Shown in pieces: positions 48,506 through 62,400 of a stretch of DNA of 64,000 nt. Each line of letters starts with the position of its first letter. Position 1 is the first letter of the stretch. The stretch is from Nemertoderma westbladi. Taxonomy: Eukaryota; Animalia; Xenacoelomorpha. The translations under genes and the position numbers were made by a program. The notes below the pieces were generated by a model, which worked only from the letters and a program-made list of their open reading frames with translations, did not search any database and was not told where the DNA came from. Location of the stretch: NCBI GenBank assembly GCA_032718475.1, contig JAUCBJ010001957.1, positions 32,298 to 96,297 of the forward strand, in the 5' to 3' direction.

Positions 48506-51500
48506 AATAAGGACACCCAATTCTTGGATCCGTCCAATAAGGACACGCAATTCTTGGATCCGTCCAATAAGGACACCCAATTCTTGGATCCGTCCAATAA
48601 GGACACGCAATTCTTGGATCCGTCCAATAAGGACACCCAATTCTTGGATCCGTCCAATAAGGACACCCAATTCTTGGATCCGTCCAATAAGGACACCCAA
48701 TTCTTGGATCCGTCCAATAAGGACACGCAATTCTTGGATCCGTCCAATAAGGACACCCAATTCTTGGATTCGACCAATAAGGACACCCAATTCTTGGATC
48801 CGTCCAATAAGGACACCCAATTCTTGGATCCGTCCAATAAGGACACCCAATTCTTGGATCCGTCCAATAAGGACACCCAATTCTTGGATCCGTCCAATAA
48901 GGACACCCAATTCTTGGATCCGTCCAATAAGGACACCCAAATCTTGGATCCGTCCAATAAGGACACCCAATTCTTGGATCCGTCCAATAAGGACACCCAA
49001 TTCTTGGATCCGTCCAATAAGGACACCCAATTCTTGGATCCGTCCAATAAGGACACCCAATTCTTGGATCCGTCCAATAAGGACACCCAATTCTTGGATC
49101 CGTCCAATAAGGACACCCAATTCTTGGATCCGTCCAATAAGGACACCCAATTCTTGGATCCGTCCAATAAGGACACCCAATTCTTGGATCCGTCCAAGAA
49201 GGAACCTAATTTTTGGATCCGTCCAATAAGGACACCCAATTCTTGGATCGGTCCAATAAGGAACCCAATTCTTGGATCCGTCCAATAAAGACTCCCAATT
49301 CTTGGATCCGTCCAATAAGGAACCCAATTCTTGGATCCGTCCAGTAAGGAACCCAATTCTTGGATCCGTCCAATAAGGAACCAAATTCTTGGATCCGTCC
49401 AATAAAGACTCACAATTCTTGGATCCGTCCAATAAGGAACCCAATTCTTCGATCCGTCCAGTAAGGAACCCAATTCTTGGATCCGTCCAATAAAGGACAC
49501 CCAATTCTTGGATCCGACCAATAAGAAACCCAATTCTTGGATCCGTCCAATAAGGACACCCAATTCTTGGATCCGTCCAATAAGGAACCCAATTCTTGGA
49601 TCCGTCCAATAAGGAACCCAATTCTTGGATCCGTCCAATAAGGAACCCAATTCTTGGATCCGTCCAATAAGGACACCCAATTCTTGGATCCGTCCAATAA
49701 GGAACCCAATTCTTGGATCCGTCCAATAAGGAACCCAATTCTTGGATCCGTCCAATAAGGAACCCAATTCTTGGATCCGTCCAATAAGGAACCCAATTCT
49801 TGGATCCGTCCAATAAGGAACCCAATTCTTGGATCCGTCCAATAAGGAACCCAATTCTTGGATCCGTCCAATAAGGACACCCAAGTCTTGGATCCGTCCA
49901 ATAAGGACACCCAATTCTTGGATCCGTCCAATAAGGACACCCAATTCTTGGATCCGTCCAATAAGGAAACCCAATTCTTGGATCCGTCCAATAAGGACAC
50001 CCAATTCTTGGATCCGTCCAAGAAGGAACCCAATTCTTGGATCCGTCCAATAAGGACACCCAATTCTTGGATCCGTCCAATAAAGAACCCAATTCTTGGA
50101 TCCGTCCAATAAGGAACCCAATTCTTGGATCCGTCCAATAAGGAACCCAATTCTTGGATCCGACCAATAAGGAACCCAATTCTTGGATCCGTCCAATAAG
50201 GAACCCAATTCTTGGATCAGTCCAATAAGGAACCCAATTCTTGGATCCGTCCAATAAGGAACCCAATTCTTGGATCCGTCCAATAAGGACACCCAATTCT
50301 TGGATCCGTCCAATAAGGACACCCAATTCTTGGATCCGTCCAATAAGGACACACAATTCTTGGATCCGTCCAATAAGGACACCCAATTCTTGGATCCGTC
50401 CAATAAGGAACCCAATTCTTGGATCCGTCCAATAGGGACACCCAATTCTTGGATCCGTCCAATAAGGAGCCCAATTCTTGGATCCGTCCAATAAGTAACC
50501 CAATTCTTGGATTCGACCAATAAGGAACCCAATTCTTGGATCCGTCCAATAAGGAACCCAATTCTTGGATCCGTCCAATAAGGAACCCAATTCTTGGATT
50601 CGACCAATAAGGAACCCAATTCTTGGATCCGTCCAATAAGGACACCCAATTCTTGGATCCGTCCAATAAGGAACCCAATTCTTGGATCCGTCCAATAAGG
50701 AACCCAATTCTTGGATCCGTCCAATAAGGACACCCAATTCTTGGATCCGTCCAATAAGGACACCCAATTCTTGGATCCGTCCAATAAGGACACCCAATTC
50801 TTGGATCCGTCCAATAAGGAACCCAATTCTTGGATCCGTCCAATAAGGAACCCAATTCTTGGATCCGTCCAATAAGGAACCCAATTCTTGGATCCGACCA
50901 ATAAGGACACCCAATTCTTGGATCCGTCCAATAAGGACACCCAATTCTTGGATCCGTCCAATAAGGAACCCAATTCTAGGATCCGACCAATAAGGAACCC
51001 AATTCTTGGATCCGTCCAATAAGGAACCCAATTCTTGGATCCGTCCAATAAGGAACCCAATTCTAGGATCCGACCAATAAGGAACCCAATTCTTGGATCC
51101 GTCCAATAAGGAACCCAATTCTTGGATCCGTCCAATAAGGAACCCAATTCTTGGATCCGACCAATAAGGAACCCATTTCTTGGATCCGTCCAATAAGGAC
51201 AGCCAATTCTTGGATCCGTCCAATAAGGAACCCAATTCTTGGATCCGTCCAATAAGGAACCCAATTCTTGGATCCGTCCAATAAGGAACCCAATTCGTGG
51301 ATCCGTCCAATAAGGAACCCAATTCTTGGATCCGTCCAATAAGGAACCCAATTCTTGGATCCGTCCAATAAGGAACCCAATTCTTGGTTCCGTCCAATAA
51401 GGAACCCAATTCTTGGATCCGTGCAATAAGGAACCCAATTCTTGGATTCGTCCAATAAGGAACCCAATTCTTGGATCCGTCCAATAAGGAACCCAATTCT

Positions 51501-54500
51501 TGGATCCGTCCAATAAGGAACCCAATTCTTGGATCCGTCCAATAAGGACACCCAATTCTTGGATCCGACCAATAAGGAACCCAATTCTTGGATCCGTCCA
51601 ATAAGGAACCCAATCTTGGATCCGTCCAATAAGGAACCCAATTCTTTGATCCGTCCAATAAGGAACCCAATTCTTGGATCCGACCAATAAGGACACCCAA
51701 TTCTTGGATCCGACCAATAAGGAACCCAATTCTTGGATCCATCCAATAAGGAACCCAATTCTTGGATCCGACCAATAAGGACACCCAATTCTTGGATCCG
51801 ACCAATAAGGAACCCAATTCTTGGATCCGACCAATAAGGAACCCAATTCTTGGATCCGTCCAATAAGGAACCCAATTCTTGGATCCGACCAATAAGGAAA
51901 CCCAATTCTTGGATCCGACCAATAAGGAACCCAATTCTTGGATACGTCCAATAAGGAACCCAATTCTTGGATCCGTCCAATAAGGAACCCAATTCTTGGA
52001 TCCGACCAATAAGGACACCCAATTCTTGGATCCGTCCAATAAGGAACCCAATTCTTGGATCCGTCCAATAAGGAACCCAATTCTTGGATCCGTCCAATAA
52101 GGAACCCAATTCTTGGATCCGACCAATAAGGACACCCAATTCTTGGATCCGTCCAATAAGGAACCCAATTCTTGGATCCGTCCAATAAGGAACCCAATTC
52201 TTGGATCCGTCCAATAAGGAACCCAATTCTTGGATCCGTCCAATAAGGAACCCAATTCTTGGATCCGACCAATAAGGACACCCAATTCTTGGATCCGTCC
52301 AATAAGGAACCCAATTCTTGGATCCGTCCAATAAGGAACCCAATTCTTGGATCCGTCCAATAAGGAACCCAATTCTTGGATCCGTCCAATAAGGAACCCA
52401 ATTCTTGGATCCGTCCAATAAGGACACCCAATTCTTGGATCCGTCCAATAAGGACACCCAATTCTTGGATCCGTCCAATAAGGACACCCAATTCTTGGAT
52501 CCATCCAATAAGGACACCCAATTCTTGGATCCGTCCAATAAGGACACCCAATTCTTGGATCCGTCCAATAAGGACACCCAATTCTTGGATCCGTCCAATA
52601 AGGACACCCAATTCTTGGATCCGTCCAATAAGGACACCCAATTCTTGGATCCGTCCAATAAGGAACCCAATTATTGGATCCGTCCAATAAGGACACCCAA
52701 TTCTTGGATCCGTCCAATAAGGAACCCAATTCTTGGATTCGACCAATAAGGAACCCAATTCTTGGATCCGTCCAATAAGGACACCCAATTCTTGGATACG
52801 TCCAATAAAGAAACCCAATTCTTGGATCCGTCCAATAAGGACACCCAATTCTTGGATCCGTCCAATAAGGAACCCAATTCTTGGATCCGTCCAATAAGGA
52901 ACCCATTTCTTGGATCCGACCAATAAGGAACCAATTTCTTGGATCCGTCCAATAAGGACAGCCAATTCTTGGATCCGTCCAATAAGGAACCCAATTCTTG
53001 GATCCGTCCAATAAGGAACCCAATTCTTGGATCCGTCCAATAAAGCCTCCCAATTCTTGGATCCGTCCAATAAGGAACCCAATTCTTGGATCCGTCCAAT
53101 AAGGAACCCAATTCTTGGATCCGACCAATAAGGAACCCATTTCTTGGATCCGTCCAATAAGGACAGCCAATTCTTGGATCCGTCCAATAAGGAACCCAAT
53201 TCTTGGATCCGTCCAATAAGGAACCCAATTCTTGGATCCGTCCAATAAGGAACCCAATTCTTGGATCCGTCCAATAAGGAACCCAATTCTTGGATCCGTC
53301 CAATAAGGAACCCAATTCTTGGTTCCGTCCAATAAGGAACCCAATTCTTGGATCCGTGCAATAAGGAACCCAATTCTTGGATCCGTCCAATAAGGAACCC
53401 AATTCTTGGATCCGTCCAATAAGGAACCCAATTCTTGGATCCGTCCAATAAGGACAGCCAATTCTTGGATCCGTCCAATAAGGAACCCAATTCTTGGATC
53501 CGTCCAATAAGGAACCCAATTCTTGGATCCGTCCAATAAGGAACCCAATTCTTGGATCCGTGCAATAAGGAACCCAATTCTTGGATCCGTCCAATAAGGA
53601 ACCCAATTCTTGGATCCGTCCAATAAGGAACCCAATTCTTGGATCCGTCCAATAAGGAACCCAATTCTTGGATCCGTCCAATAAGGACACCCAATTCTTG
53701 GATCCGACCAATAAGGAACCCAATTCTTGGATCCGTCCAATAAGGAACCCAATCTTGGATCCGTCCAATAAGGAACCCAATTCTTTGATCCGTCCAATAA
53801 GGAACCCAATTCTTGGATCCGACCAATGAGGACACCCAATTCTTGGATCCGACCAATAAGGACACCCAATTCTTGGATCCATCCAATAAGGAACCCAATT
53901 CTTGGATCCGACCAATAAGGACACCCAATTCTTGGATCCGACCAATAAGGAACCCAATTCTTGGATCCGACCAATAAGGAACCCAATTCTTGGATCCGTC
54001 CAATAAGGAACCCAATTCTTGGATCCGACCAAAAAGGACACCCAATTCTTGGATCCGACCAATAAGGAACCCAATTCTTGGATCCGTCCAATAAGGAACC
54101 CAATTCTTTGATCCGTCCAATAAGGAACCCAATTCTTGGATCCGTCCAATAAGGAACCCAATTCTTGGATCCGACCAATAAGGACACCCAATTCTTGGAT
54201 CCGTCCAATAAGGAACCCAATTCTTGGATCCGTCCAATAAGGAACCCAATTCTTGGATCCGTCCAATAAGGAACCCAATTCTTGGATCCGACCAATAAGG
54301 AACCCAATTCTTGGATCCGTCCAATAAGGACACCCAATTCTTGGATCCGTCCAATAAAGAAACCCAATTCTTGGATCCGTCCAATAAGGACACCCAATTC
54401 TTGGATCCGTCCAATAAGGAACCCAATTCTTGGATCCGTCCAATAAGGAACCCAATTCTTGGATTCGACCAATAAGGAACCCAATTCTTGGATCCGTCCA

Positions 54501-54762
54501 ATAAGGACACCCAATTCTTGGATCCGTCCAATAAGGAACCCATTTCTTGGATCCGTCCAATAAGGAACCCAATTCTTGGATCCGACCAATAAGGAACCCA
54601 ATTCTTGGATCCGTCCAATAAGGACACCCAATTCTTGGATCCGTCCAATAAGGAACCCAATTCTAGGATCCGACCAATAAGGAACCCAATTCTTGGATCC
54701 GTCCAATAAGGACAGCCAATTCTTGGATCCGTCCAATAAGGAACCCAATTCTTGGATCCGTC
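48506..54762. repeat. 6.2-kb satellite of 29/30-bp units AATAAGGA(C)ACCCAATTCTTGGATCCGTCC
   Basis: About 210 tandem units; a homogeneous 30-mer block at 48506-49200, then mixed 29/30-mers. Confidence 0.98.
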
Positions 54763-55020
54763 CTTGAAAAGTACATATATTTAAAAGGATTAAAATCAAG
54801 GAAACGTTAAAAGGTTACCCATTTCGGACATTTCACCCTCTGGCGGCATACTAGAGCTGACCGATTAGCGTCCGCACAAAGACGTTGCCAGTGTTCCAGT
54901 AGAGTAGGCTGCATACACTACTACATAGCTCACATGTATCAGCTTGAACGGATCATTAATATCGAAATGAGAGAAGTATTCCACTATCTGACATTTCGCC
55001 TTCTAGCAGCAGACTAAAGA

Positions 55021-55432
55021 ACTACTACGATCATATGTTGCATTACAGCTGCATTATATATATATCGACAAAATTGCGCCGCTACAACTCCCTATCACCC
55101 ATGACATTTGCTAGATCATCCGCATCTTCAAGGCCAGTGTCCTTTAAGATGCGTCTCAAGAAAGTCATGGGCTGTCCACCATGCTTATTCACTCCATGAG
55201 GCTGCCAAAGTACAAGATTATGCACTGGCTGGTCCTCACGGCGAAAGCAATGTCCTGCAAATCCGAGGTGGCTTTGTTCTAGTGTCAAGCTTGGGGGAAC
55301 AAATGCGACACCTCCAATGTTATATAGCACCTGGTTGGAAATGTGTGCATTGCACTTGACACAGTGAACCCGGCGTAGCATTCTTGTGAATGTGCCATCC
55401 AGAGATTTGGTGTCCTCAACGGTAGAGCACAG
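55021..55432 (-). mobile_element. Second, more diverged 5'-truncated copy of the same RTE LINE
   Basis: EDTKSLDGTFTRMLRRVHCVK...LANVMGDREL is nearly identical to 36663-37160; (TAG)n tail. Confidence 0.88.
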
Positions 55433-56775
55433 CATTGACTGAAGAACTGTAGATGGATTAGCCACAAGACCCGCTGATAATCTAATACATCTGCCAAGTT
55501 TTAGCTGGAAAGGATTAAAAATTACGAAATGGGAGGACATTTAATATTTAGATATGTAGCCGCCAAGCGGCCGTCAGACGAACTGTGGAGGTTTATCTCT
55601 CTATGTAAACTTTGTAAACGTTTTTCAGAGATCAACTTTAAGTTATACTGTAGTTTAAATTTCACTTTTCGGTCGACATTTTATTGGAATTTTATATATG
55701 AAAATTTTTTATTTTTTTTAATTTATCTTTATTAAGTGTTTACTAGTGCTTATTTACGGCTTATAACGTGTACATATAGTAATTCGTATATTGTTTTGGT
55801 TAGATTCTTCGGGTCAGCCCTGCTGTAACCTGTGTTTTTGGTGTGAAGACCTGGTATTTTTCGCATGGGGGTAACTGCAAAGTGAAATATAACGGCAGAA
55901 AATCTGGTATTCTTCACATGGGCCGAGGTTCCTATGAAATAAGCTTTCAAAGATTAGACCGACAGGCAGACACAAGGTTGCGATAGTGGTGCTTTCGTGC
56001 TTACTTTCGTGGCTCGCTACACAATATTATCTATCACCGCTATAAAACACAACATATTGTAGGCCTATCAGGTGTTGAAATTCATTATTCGTCATAAAAT
56101 AAATTACATACAATTACATTGAAAGATGAAAACCTTTCGGTATTGTTTTTCTAATAGGCTTGCTGAATTCGCGAGAAATTCATTCGAAAATGAAAATCGA
56201 TACAAAATGCAGTGATAGGTCTACCATATGATTGGCTAACTGCCATAACAGGGATGGGGTGATGCCAATTCGAATTCGATTTAACAATTCGATGTAATTC
56301 AGATTTCCTTGAAAACCAGCAGTATTCCAAACTTAATAGTTTTCAGTTTCAATGATCAGTTATATAAAGCTGAACATATTATTATACCAATCTATTCTAA
56401 TGTACATACATTTACTGTAGTACAGTGATACAGTATAGAGTACTGTAAGTGTACGTTACAGTTTGAGTTATACAGTACTTTGTTGTGCCATTCTACGTAA
56501 CAGGTATACTGTACAGTAATAGTAGACCCTATAAGTTATAAGGCTAAATTGGAATTCAGCAAACTTTGGTAGGCTTTAAGCGAGCAAATAAAAATGTGTT
56601 GAAATTGTGCAACATTTTAAATACAGTATAAGTGGGTCTACATTAACTGAACTGCCTGACTGCCAGTTCAATCCAAACGTGATCTCTAAGTAAATTTGCT
56701 GCAAACGCGAGCGAAAATCTTTGAACCATTTTTGCATTAGCATTAATCAGTATTGTCATTCACATTTCGGAGACA

Positions 56776-57423
56776 ATGGCCAGTGTTGGATTTTTCCTGG
56801 TTCTATTTCTCAGTCCAACTTTTATCTACGTTTCTAACGCTGTTTCCTGCAAAGTTGGTATGTCCACCGTGACCCTGGAAACGAATAGCAAGAATATGGA
56901 AGTCCTTAACGTTGTATCAAACATGAATTCTCTCAGTCCCACAGATTATGAGATGACGAATTGCGATTCGTGTATAGTAGTCGATCAAATGATAGTGGGA
57001 TCTACTAAATTATTCAAAGGTAACAGAGGAGAGGAAATGGTCGTTGAATACTCCGTGTTAGACGACGAAGCTAATCATGGGGCGAAAATTATGACCAAAT
57101 CTCGTTATGAACTCTGCCACAAAGGCGAGGTGACGTGTGAGGTGTACAAAAATGTCTATAAGTGCCGGGATATTGTGAAAGTAGAGTTCATGTCACAAGG
57201 TCTTAGTGAGGATGATATTGGCAAATTTTATCTAGAATGTCAAGTTCACTGCTGTAAAGGATCATACGACGAGAGTTGCGGAGCTGTCAAGTGGGATGTT
57301 GATGTTAGAGGTGCGGATGGTAAGATTGATTGGAACAACCCAGCGTTCGATGGAGCGAAAGGGAATGTTGCTTCTTTGTATCTGAGTATCGCGCTGGCAG
57401 CCATCGCATCTTCGGTTTATTGA
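56776..57423 (+). CDS. Secreted, probably GPI-anchored Cys-rich protein (Ly6/uPAR- or quiver-like)
   Basis: Signal peptide ending VSNA, then VSC, CDSC, C...C, CQVHCC.....SCG and a hydrophobic C-terminal tail after GA; 10 Cys. Confidence 0.7.
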   Translation: MASVGFFLVLFLSPTFIYVSNAVSCKVGMSTVTLETNSKNMEVLNVVSNMNSLSPTDYEMTNCDSCIVVDQMIVGSTKLFKGNRGEEMVVEYSVLDDEANHGAKIMTKSRYELCHKGEVTCEVYKNVYKCRDIVKVEFMSQGLSEDDIGKFYLECQVHCCKGSYDESCGAVKWDVDVRGADGKIDWNNPAFDGAKGNVASLYLSIALAAIASSVY

Positions 57424-57526
57424 ATGGGGCTGTCGTATCAATAAACCTACGTATACTGTTCATAGTGTCAGTTATTTATCATACAAGAGTTTATTTGGAT
57501 TGAAATAGTTTTGTCCAAGTATTAAG

Positions 57527-58585
57527 TAAATACCAAGTATTGTTTAATGTCAGTAAGTACAATATGTTATTCGGAAAAATACCAATTATTGTTTAATGTC
57601 AGTAAGTACAATATGTTATTCGGAAAAATACCAATTATTGTTTAATGTCAGTAAGTACAATATGTTATTCGGAAAAATACCAATTATTGTTTAATGTCAG
57701 TATGTACAATATGTTATTCGGAAAAATACCAATTATTGTTTAATGTCAGTAAGTACAATATGTTATTCGGAAAAATACCAATTATTGTTTAATGTCAGTA
57801 AGTACAATATGTTATTCGGAAAAATACCAATTATTGTTTAATGTCAGTAAGTTAGTACAATATGTTATTCGGAAAAATACCAAGTATTGTTTAATGTCAG
57901 TAAGTACAATATGTTATTCGGAAAAATACCAATTATTGTTTAATGTCAGTAAGTACAATATGTTATTCGGAAAAATACCAATTATTGTTTAATGTCAGTA
58001 AGTAAAATATGTTATTAGGAAAAATACCATTATTGTTTAATGTCAGTAAGTACAATATGTTATTAGGAAAAATACCAATTATTGTTTAATGTCAGTAAGT
58101 ACAATATGTTATTCGGAAAAATACCAATTATTGTTTAATGTCAGTAAGTAAAATATGTTATTCGGAAAAATACCAATTATTGTTTAATGTCAGTAAGTAA
58201 AATATGTTATTAGGAAAAATACCAAGTATTGTTTAATGTCAGTAAGTAAAATATGTTATTAGGAAAAATACCAATTATTGTTTAATGTCAGTAAGTAAAA
58301 TATGTTATTAGGAAAAATACCAATTATTGTTTAATGTCAGTAAGTAAAATATGTTATTCGGAAAAATACCAATTATTGGTTAATGTCAGTAAGTACAATA
58401 TGTTATTCGGAAAAATACCAATTATTATTGTTTAATGTCAGTAAGTACAATATGTTATTAGGAAAAATACCAATTATTGTTTAATGTCAGTAAGTAAAAT
58501 ATGTTATTAGGAAAAATACCAATTATTGTTTAATGTCAGTAAGTACAATGTGTTATTCGGAAAAATACCAATTATTGGTTAATGT
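57527..58585. repeat. 49-bp AT-rich satellite (AAAATACCAATTATTGTTTAATGTCAGTAAGTACAATATGTTATTCGGA)
   Basis: About 21 tandem units. Confidence 0.97.
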
Positions 58586-58971
58586 TTAATGTCAATACAT
58601 TTTACTCTTATCCTTTCTAGAGTTGAAACAGACCTGCTTTTCTTAATCCAGGTGAACCAGAGCCCACCCGGAGAATTATTTTAGAAAATATAGGAGACCG
58701 GACAGAGCCAGAGACTTTGCTTATTTTTGTACTTACAATTGGATTAGACCTCTATAGCCCAAACAGGCAGGTATAAACTGATAAAGTATTTTTCTATGGT
58801 TGAATTAGAATAAATCGAACCCATTCAACCCTTATACCCAATAATGGATCGAAGTAGGCGCATGTGCTTACTTAGAAATACCTGATCTCCCTAATAAGTG
58901 TTTTATAGCGCTTATTACTATCTTATTATAACCTGTATAAATACTAATTCGTTTATTGTTTTGGTTGGGTT

Positions 58972-59445
58972 CAGCCCGTCTGTAAGCTGGGGTTTACTGA
59001 AAACATGGTATTTCATCTCATGGGAGTAAACTGCAAAGTGAAATATAGCACCGGAAATCTGGTACTCCATGGGCTCACCTCTGAAGGATTGAATATGTTC
59101 AATGGTATGAATGGTAGTCGATCTATGTTGGGATCAACTAAATTATTCAAAAATAACAGAGAGGAAATGGTCGTTGAATACTCCGTGATAGACGAAGAAG
59201 CTAAACGTGGGGCGAGACTTATGTCCAAGTTGCGTGTTAATAGCTGCCACAAAGGCGTGTGAGGTGAATTACAATATAATATTTATATTAAAAAATAAGT
59301 GCCGGGATATTGCGGATGTACAGTTCATGTCACAAGGTCTTAGTGGGGATGATATTGGCAATTCACTGCTGTAAAGGGTCATACGATGTGAGTTGCCGAG
59401 TGGGATGTGGATGTTAGAGGCGCGGATGGTAAGATTGATTGGAAC
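58972..59445 (+). pseudogene. Deleted and decayed tandem copy of the 56776-57423 gene and its upstream region
   Basis: 58972-59075 resembles 55815-55925; ~59110-59445 resembles ~56975-57335 (GSTKLFK.NR.EEMVVEYSV.D.EA...AAGATTGATTGGAAC) and is cut by an LTR. Confidence 0.85.
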
Positions 59446-62400
59446 TGTTAGGATACTAGGAATGAGGACCTAACATAATATAGCACCTTTGTACCGTGCA
59501 GCTTACTGTGTAATATGATTACAGTAGACTGTCAGAATAGAAGTACAGACTGTCGTATGTCATACATCTTGTTTCTTACACCACAGACAGACAGGCCTAC
59601 ATTGCTGTCACGTACAGACAGTGGCCTACTGAACATTGTTACCGACCACTACACGGTCGCCTAACAAATTGGCGCTGCGATAAATATAAACTCAATTATT
59701 AATTTAATTATACCTTATGTACATTTAATTATAATGCGTTGGTGTTCTTCAATACAGAAGACAGGAAGATGAAACGGCAAAGATTGAACTGTACCGTCTA
59801 ACCGGACCGGAAACCGGTAGGCCTACACTCCTACCTACCTACAGTCTACAGTACCGGTAGTACAGCTACAGTTGTACAATACAGTGCAATACTATACAGT
59901 TGACAGTCTGCAGGCTACGCTACAGTCAGCCTCAGCAAGTTACTAATAGAATTTCAGCAATACAACAATAATACAGTTAGCCAACAAATTACAATGGCTT
60001 ACAGAGGCGTTAAATACAGTAACGTTTGTGCTCCTTTTAACCCTGAGAAAGACCGGTGGGAGACATACTTGGTTATGTTCCGTACGATTCTCAGAACTAC
60101 AAACTGGGTGAAACCGGACAATACAGCAATGACAGCATTAGAAGAAGAACAAGCCAAGACAGATATATTCATTTCGAACTGCGGTTTAGCAACATTAGAT
60201 CTGCTGAATGATTTACGATATCCAACAGATATTGCAAAGGATTCAATTGATACATTGTTGGATACCATTACAACTTACTATCGCAAAGGCAAGTCCAAGG
60301 AAGCAGCAAGGAGAAAATTCAGACTGTGTACACAGCAAAAAGAGGAAAGCATTACAGATTATGCAAAAAGATTGCGTAACCTTGCCAGGGATTGTCAATT
60401 TACAGATTTGGATGGCCAATTACGAGAACAGCTGACTGCTGGTTTAATAGATAATCATGTTGCAACCGAATTGATACAAAAGCAGGAAGATACATTCCCT
60501 GAAGCGCTAAATACGGCAATTAGCTTTGAGGAAGCTCGCAACATAGCGTATGATAGAAACAAATCAGAGATTGAGATACAACGTGTTAATACAAGTCAGA
60601 GAGACCAAGGATCCTCCAATCGTGGTCGTTTTGGAAACAGCCGGGGTCGTGGAGGATACCGTGGAGGAACTAGCAGAGGTAGTTCAAGTTCATATACTTC
60701 ACAACCACGGCAGGTTAGTCAAAGTAGGCAGATTACTTGCTACCGTTGTGGAAAACAAGGCCATAAAATTACAGAATGCAGAATGCCAGAACATATCATA
60801 TGCCGATATTGCAAAGCTAAGGGACATGTTGAAACGGCATGTTTTAAAAAACGTAATGCAACCGGATCTAATCAGTTTAAGCCAAACAGTCAAAGAGGCT
60901 CAGTTGGAATGGTTGACATAGATGAAGGAGAGCACAATGACGATTTATTCATGAAACATACAGATATTTTACAGGATTTAGGCAATGAAGTTGAGATTAA
61001 TACAGTGACTTTACCCAAAGTTAATTCGATTCAATTAGATATTCTTATAAATAATAAGAAAATACAAATGGAATTCGATCCTGGCGCTAAGCATAGCATA
61101 TTACCATACAACAAATACGTTGAACAGTTCCAAGATATACAATTACATGATTGTCCTTCAAAGTTACGTGGATACTGCAAAGGAACTGCCAGGATCAAGG
61201 GAGTCATTTACGTTGTGGTTGAATTCCCAGGTACAAATGTGGCAAAGTTAGAAAATATGCCGCTAATTATTGCAGAGGAGAGTGAAACCGAAAATTCACC
61301 ATTATTTGGTCTATATTGGCTACAACATTTAGTGCACCGCGGAACTAGTATTGACGAGTTGTTACAACAGGATATTAAAATCCAAAATACTCAGTTAGAC
61401 ACGAAAGATTTACCATATCGGTTACAAACCATGTTACAAGAATTTACAGAGGTTCTAACTGGTGTGGGATGTTATAAGGGAGAACCTTTACAAATTAGGA
61501 TCAAAACATCAAACACAAATCCCAAATTCCTTCATTCAAGATCAGTCCCACATGCATACAAGGATAAAGTCATAGAACAATTAAAGATTGACATAAAAGA
61601 AGGACGTCTAGTACATACAGATGAGGGAGAAAACATTGATTGGGCTACACCATTAGTAATTATGCCTAAAAACGATGGATCCGTCAGAATCTGTGGGGAC
61701 TATAAGAGCACTGTAAATCAGTACCTCATAGAAGATTATTTCCCTTTAATGTCTCAAGAGGAAATGTCCGCCAAACTGCAGGGCAAGACAATTTTTACGA
61801 AGTTGGATATGGCACAAGCTTACAACCAATTGCCAATTGATAAAGAAAGCCAAGCGCTGCTTACATTAGCGACACCATTAGGATTGTTAAAACCTACAAG
61901 GTTGCCATATGGAATCACTCCAGCTGCAGCCAAATGTCTTAAAGTTGTTCATTGTACATTGAGCAAATACATTTCAGTATCATACATGGACGAGTTTCTA
62001 ATAGCTTCTAACAATATGGAAGAGCACTTACGGGATCTCCAGACAGTGTTTACAGCACTTAGGGAAGCTGGACTTACTATAGGAATGAAGAAATGTTCAT
62101 TTGTGAAGTCAGAAGTGGAATTCTGTGGGCATATAATTACAAGCAAAGGATTTTTGCCAGATCCAAAGAAGGTACAAGCAGTCAGGGATATGAAACCTCC
62201 ATCCACAAAGAAAGAATTACAAAGTGCATTGGGTTTTATGAATTATTTACGGAAGTATGTACACAAATACGCGGAGATATCCAACCCATTGTACAAATTA
62301 CTACAGAAAGATACACCATTTGAATGGTCAAAAGAAGCCAACAATGCATACAATAATGTGAAGGAGGCCATATCGAATTGTACACTACTGGTTCACTTTA

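Noticed and set aside
48479-54799. 2106-aa, 2057-aa and other long ORFs over the satellite
   Set aside because: The 29/30-bp unit lacks stops on the minus strand, so all frames are open and frame is not preserved between units; these are artefacts, not genes.
48506-58585. CRISPR-like arrays (30-bp and 49-bp repeats)
   Set aside because: Head-to-tail repeats without unique spacers, no cas genes and a eukaryotic context.
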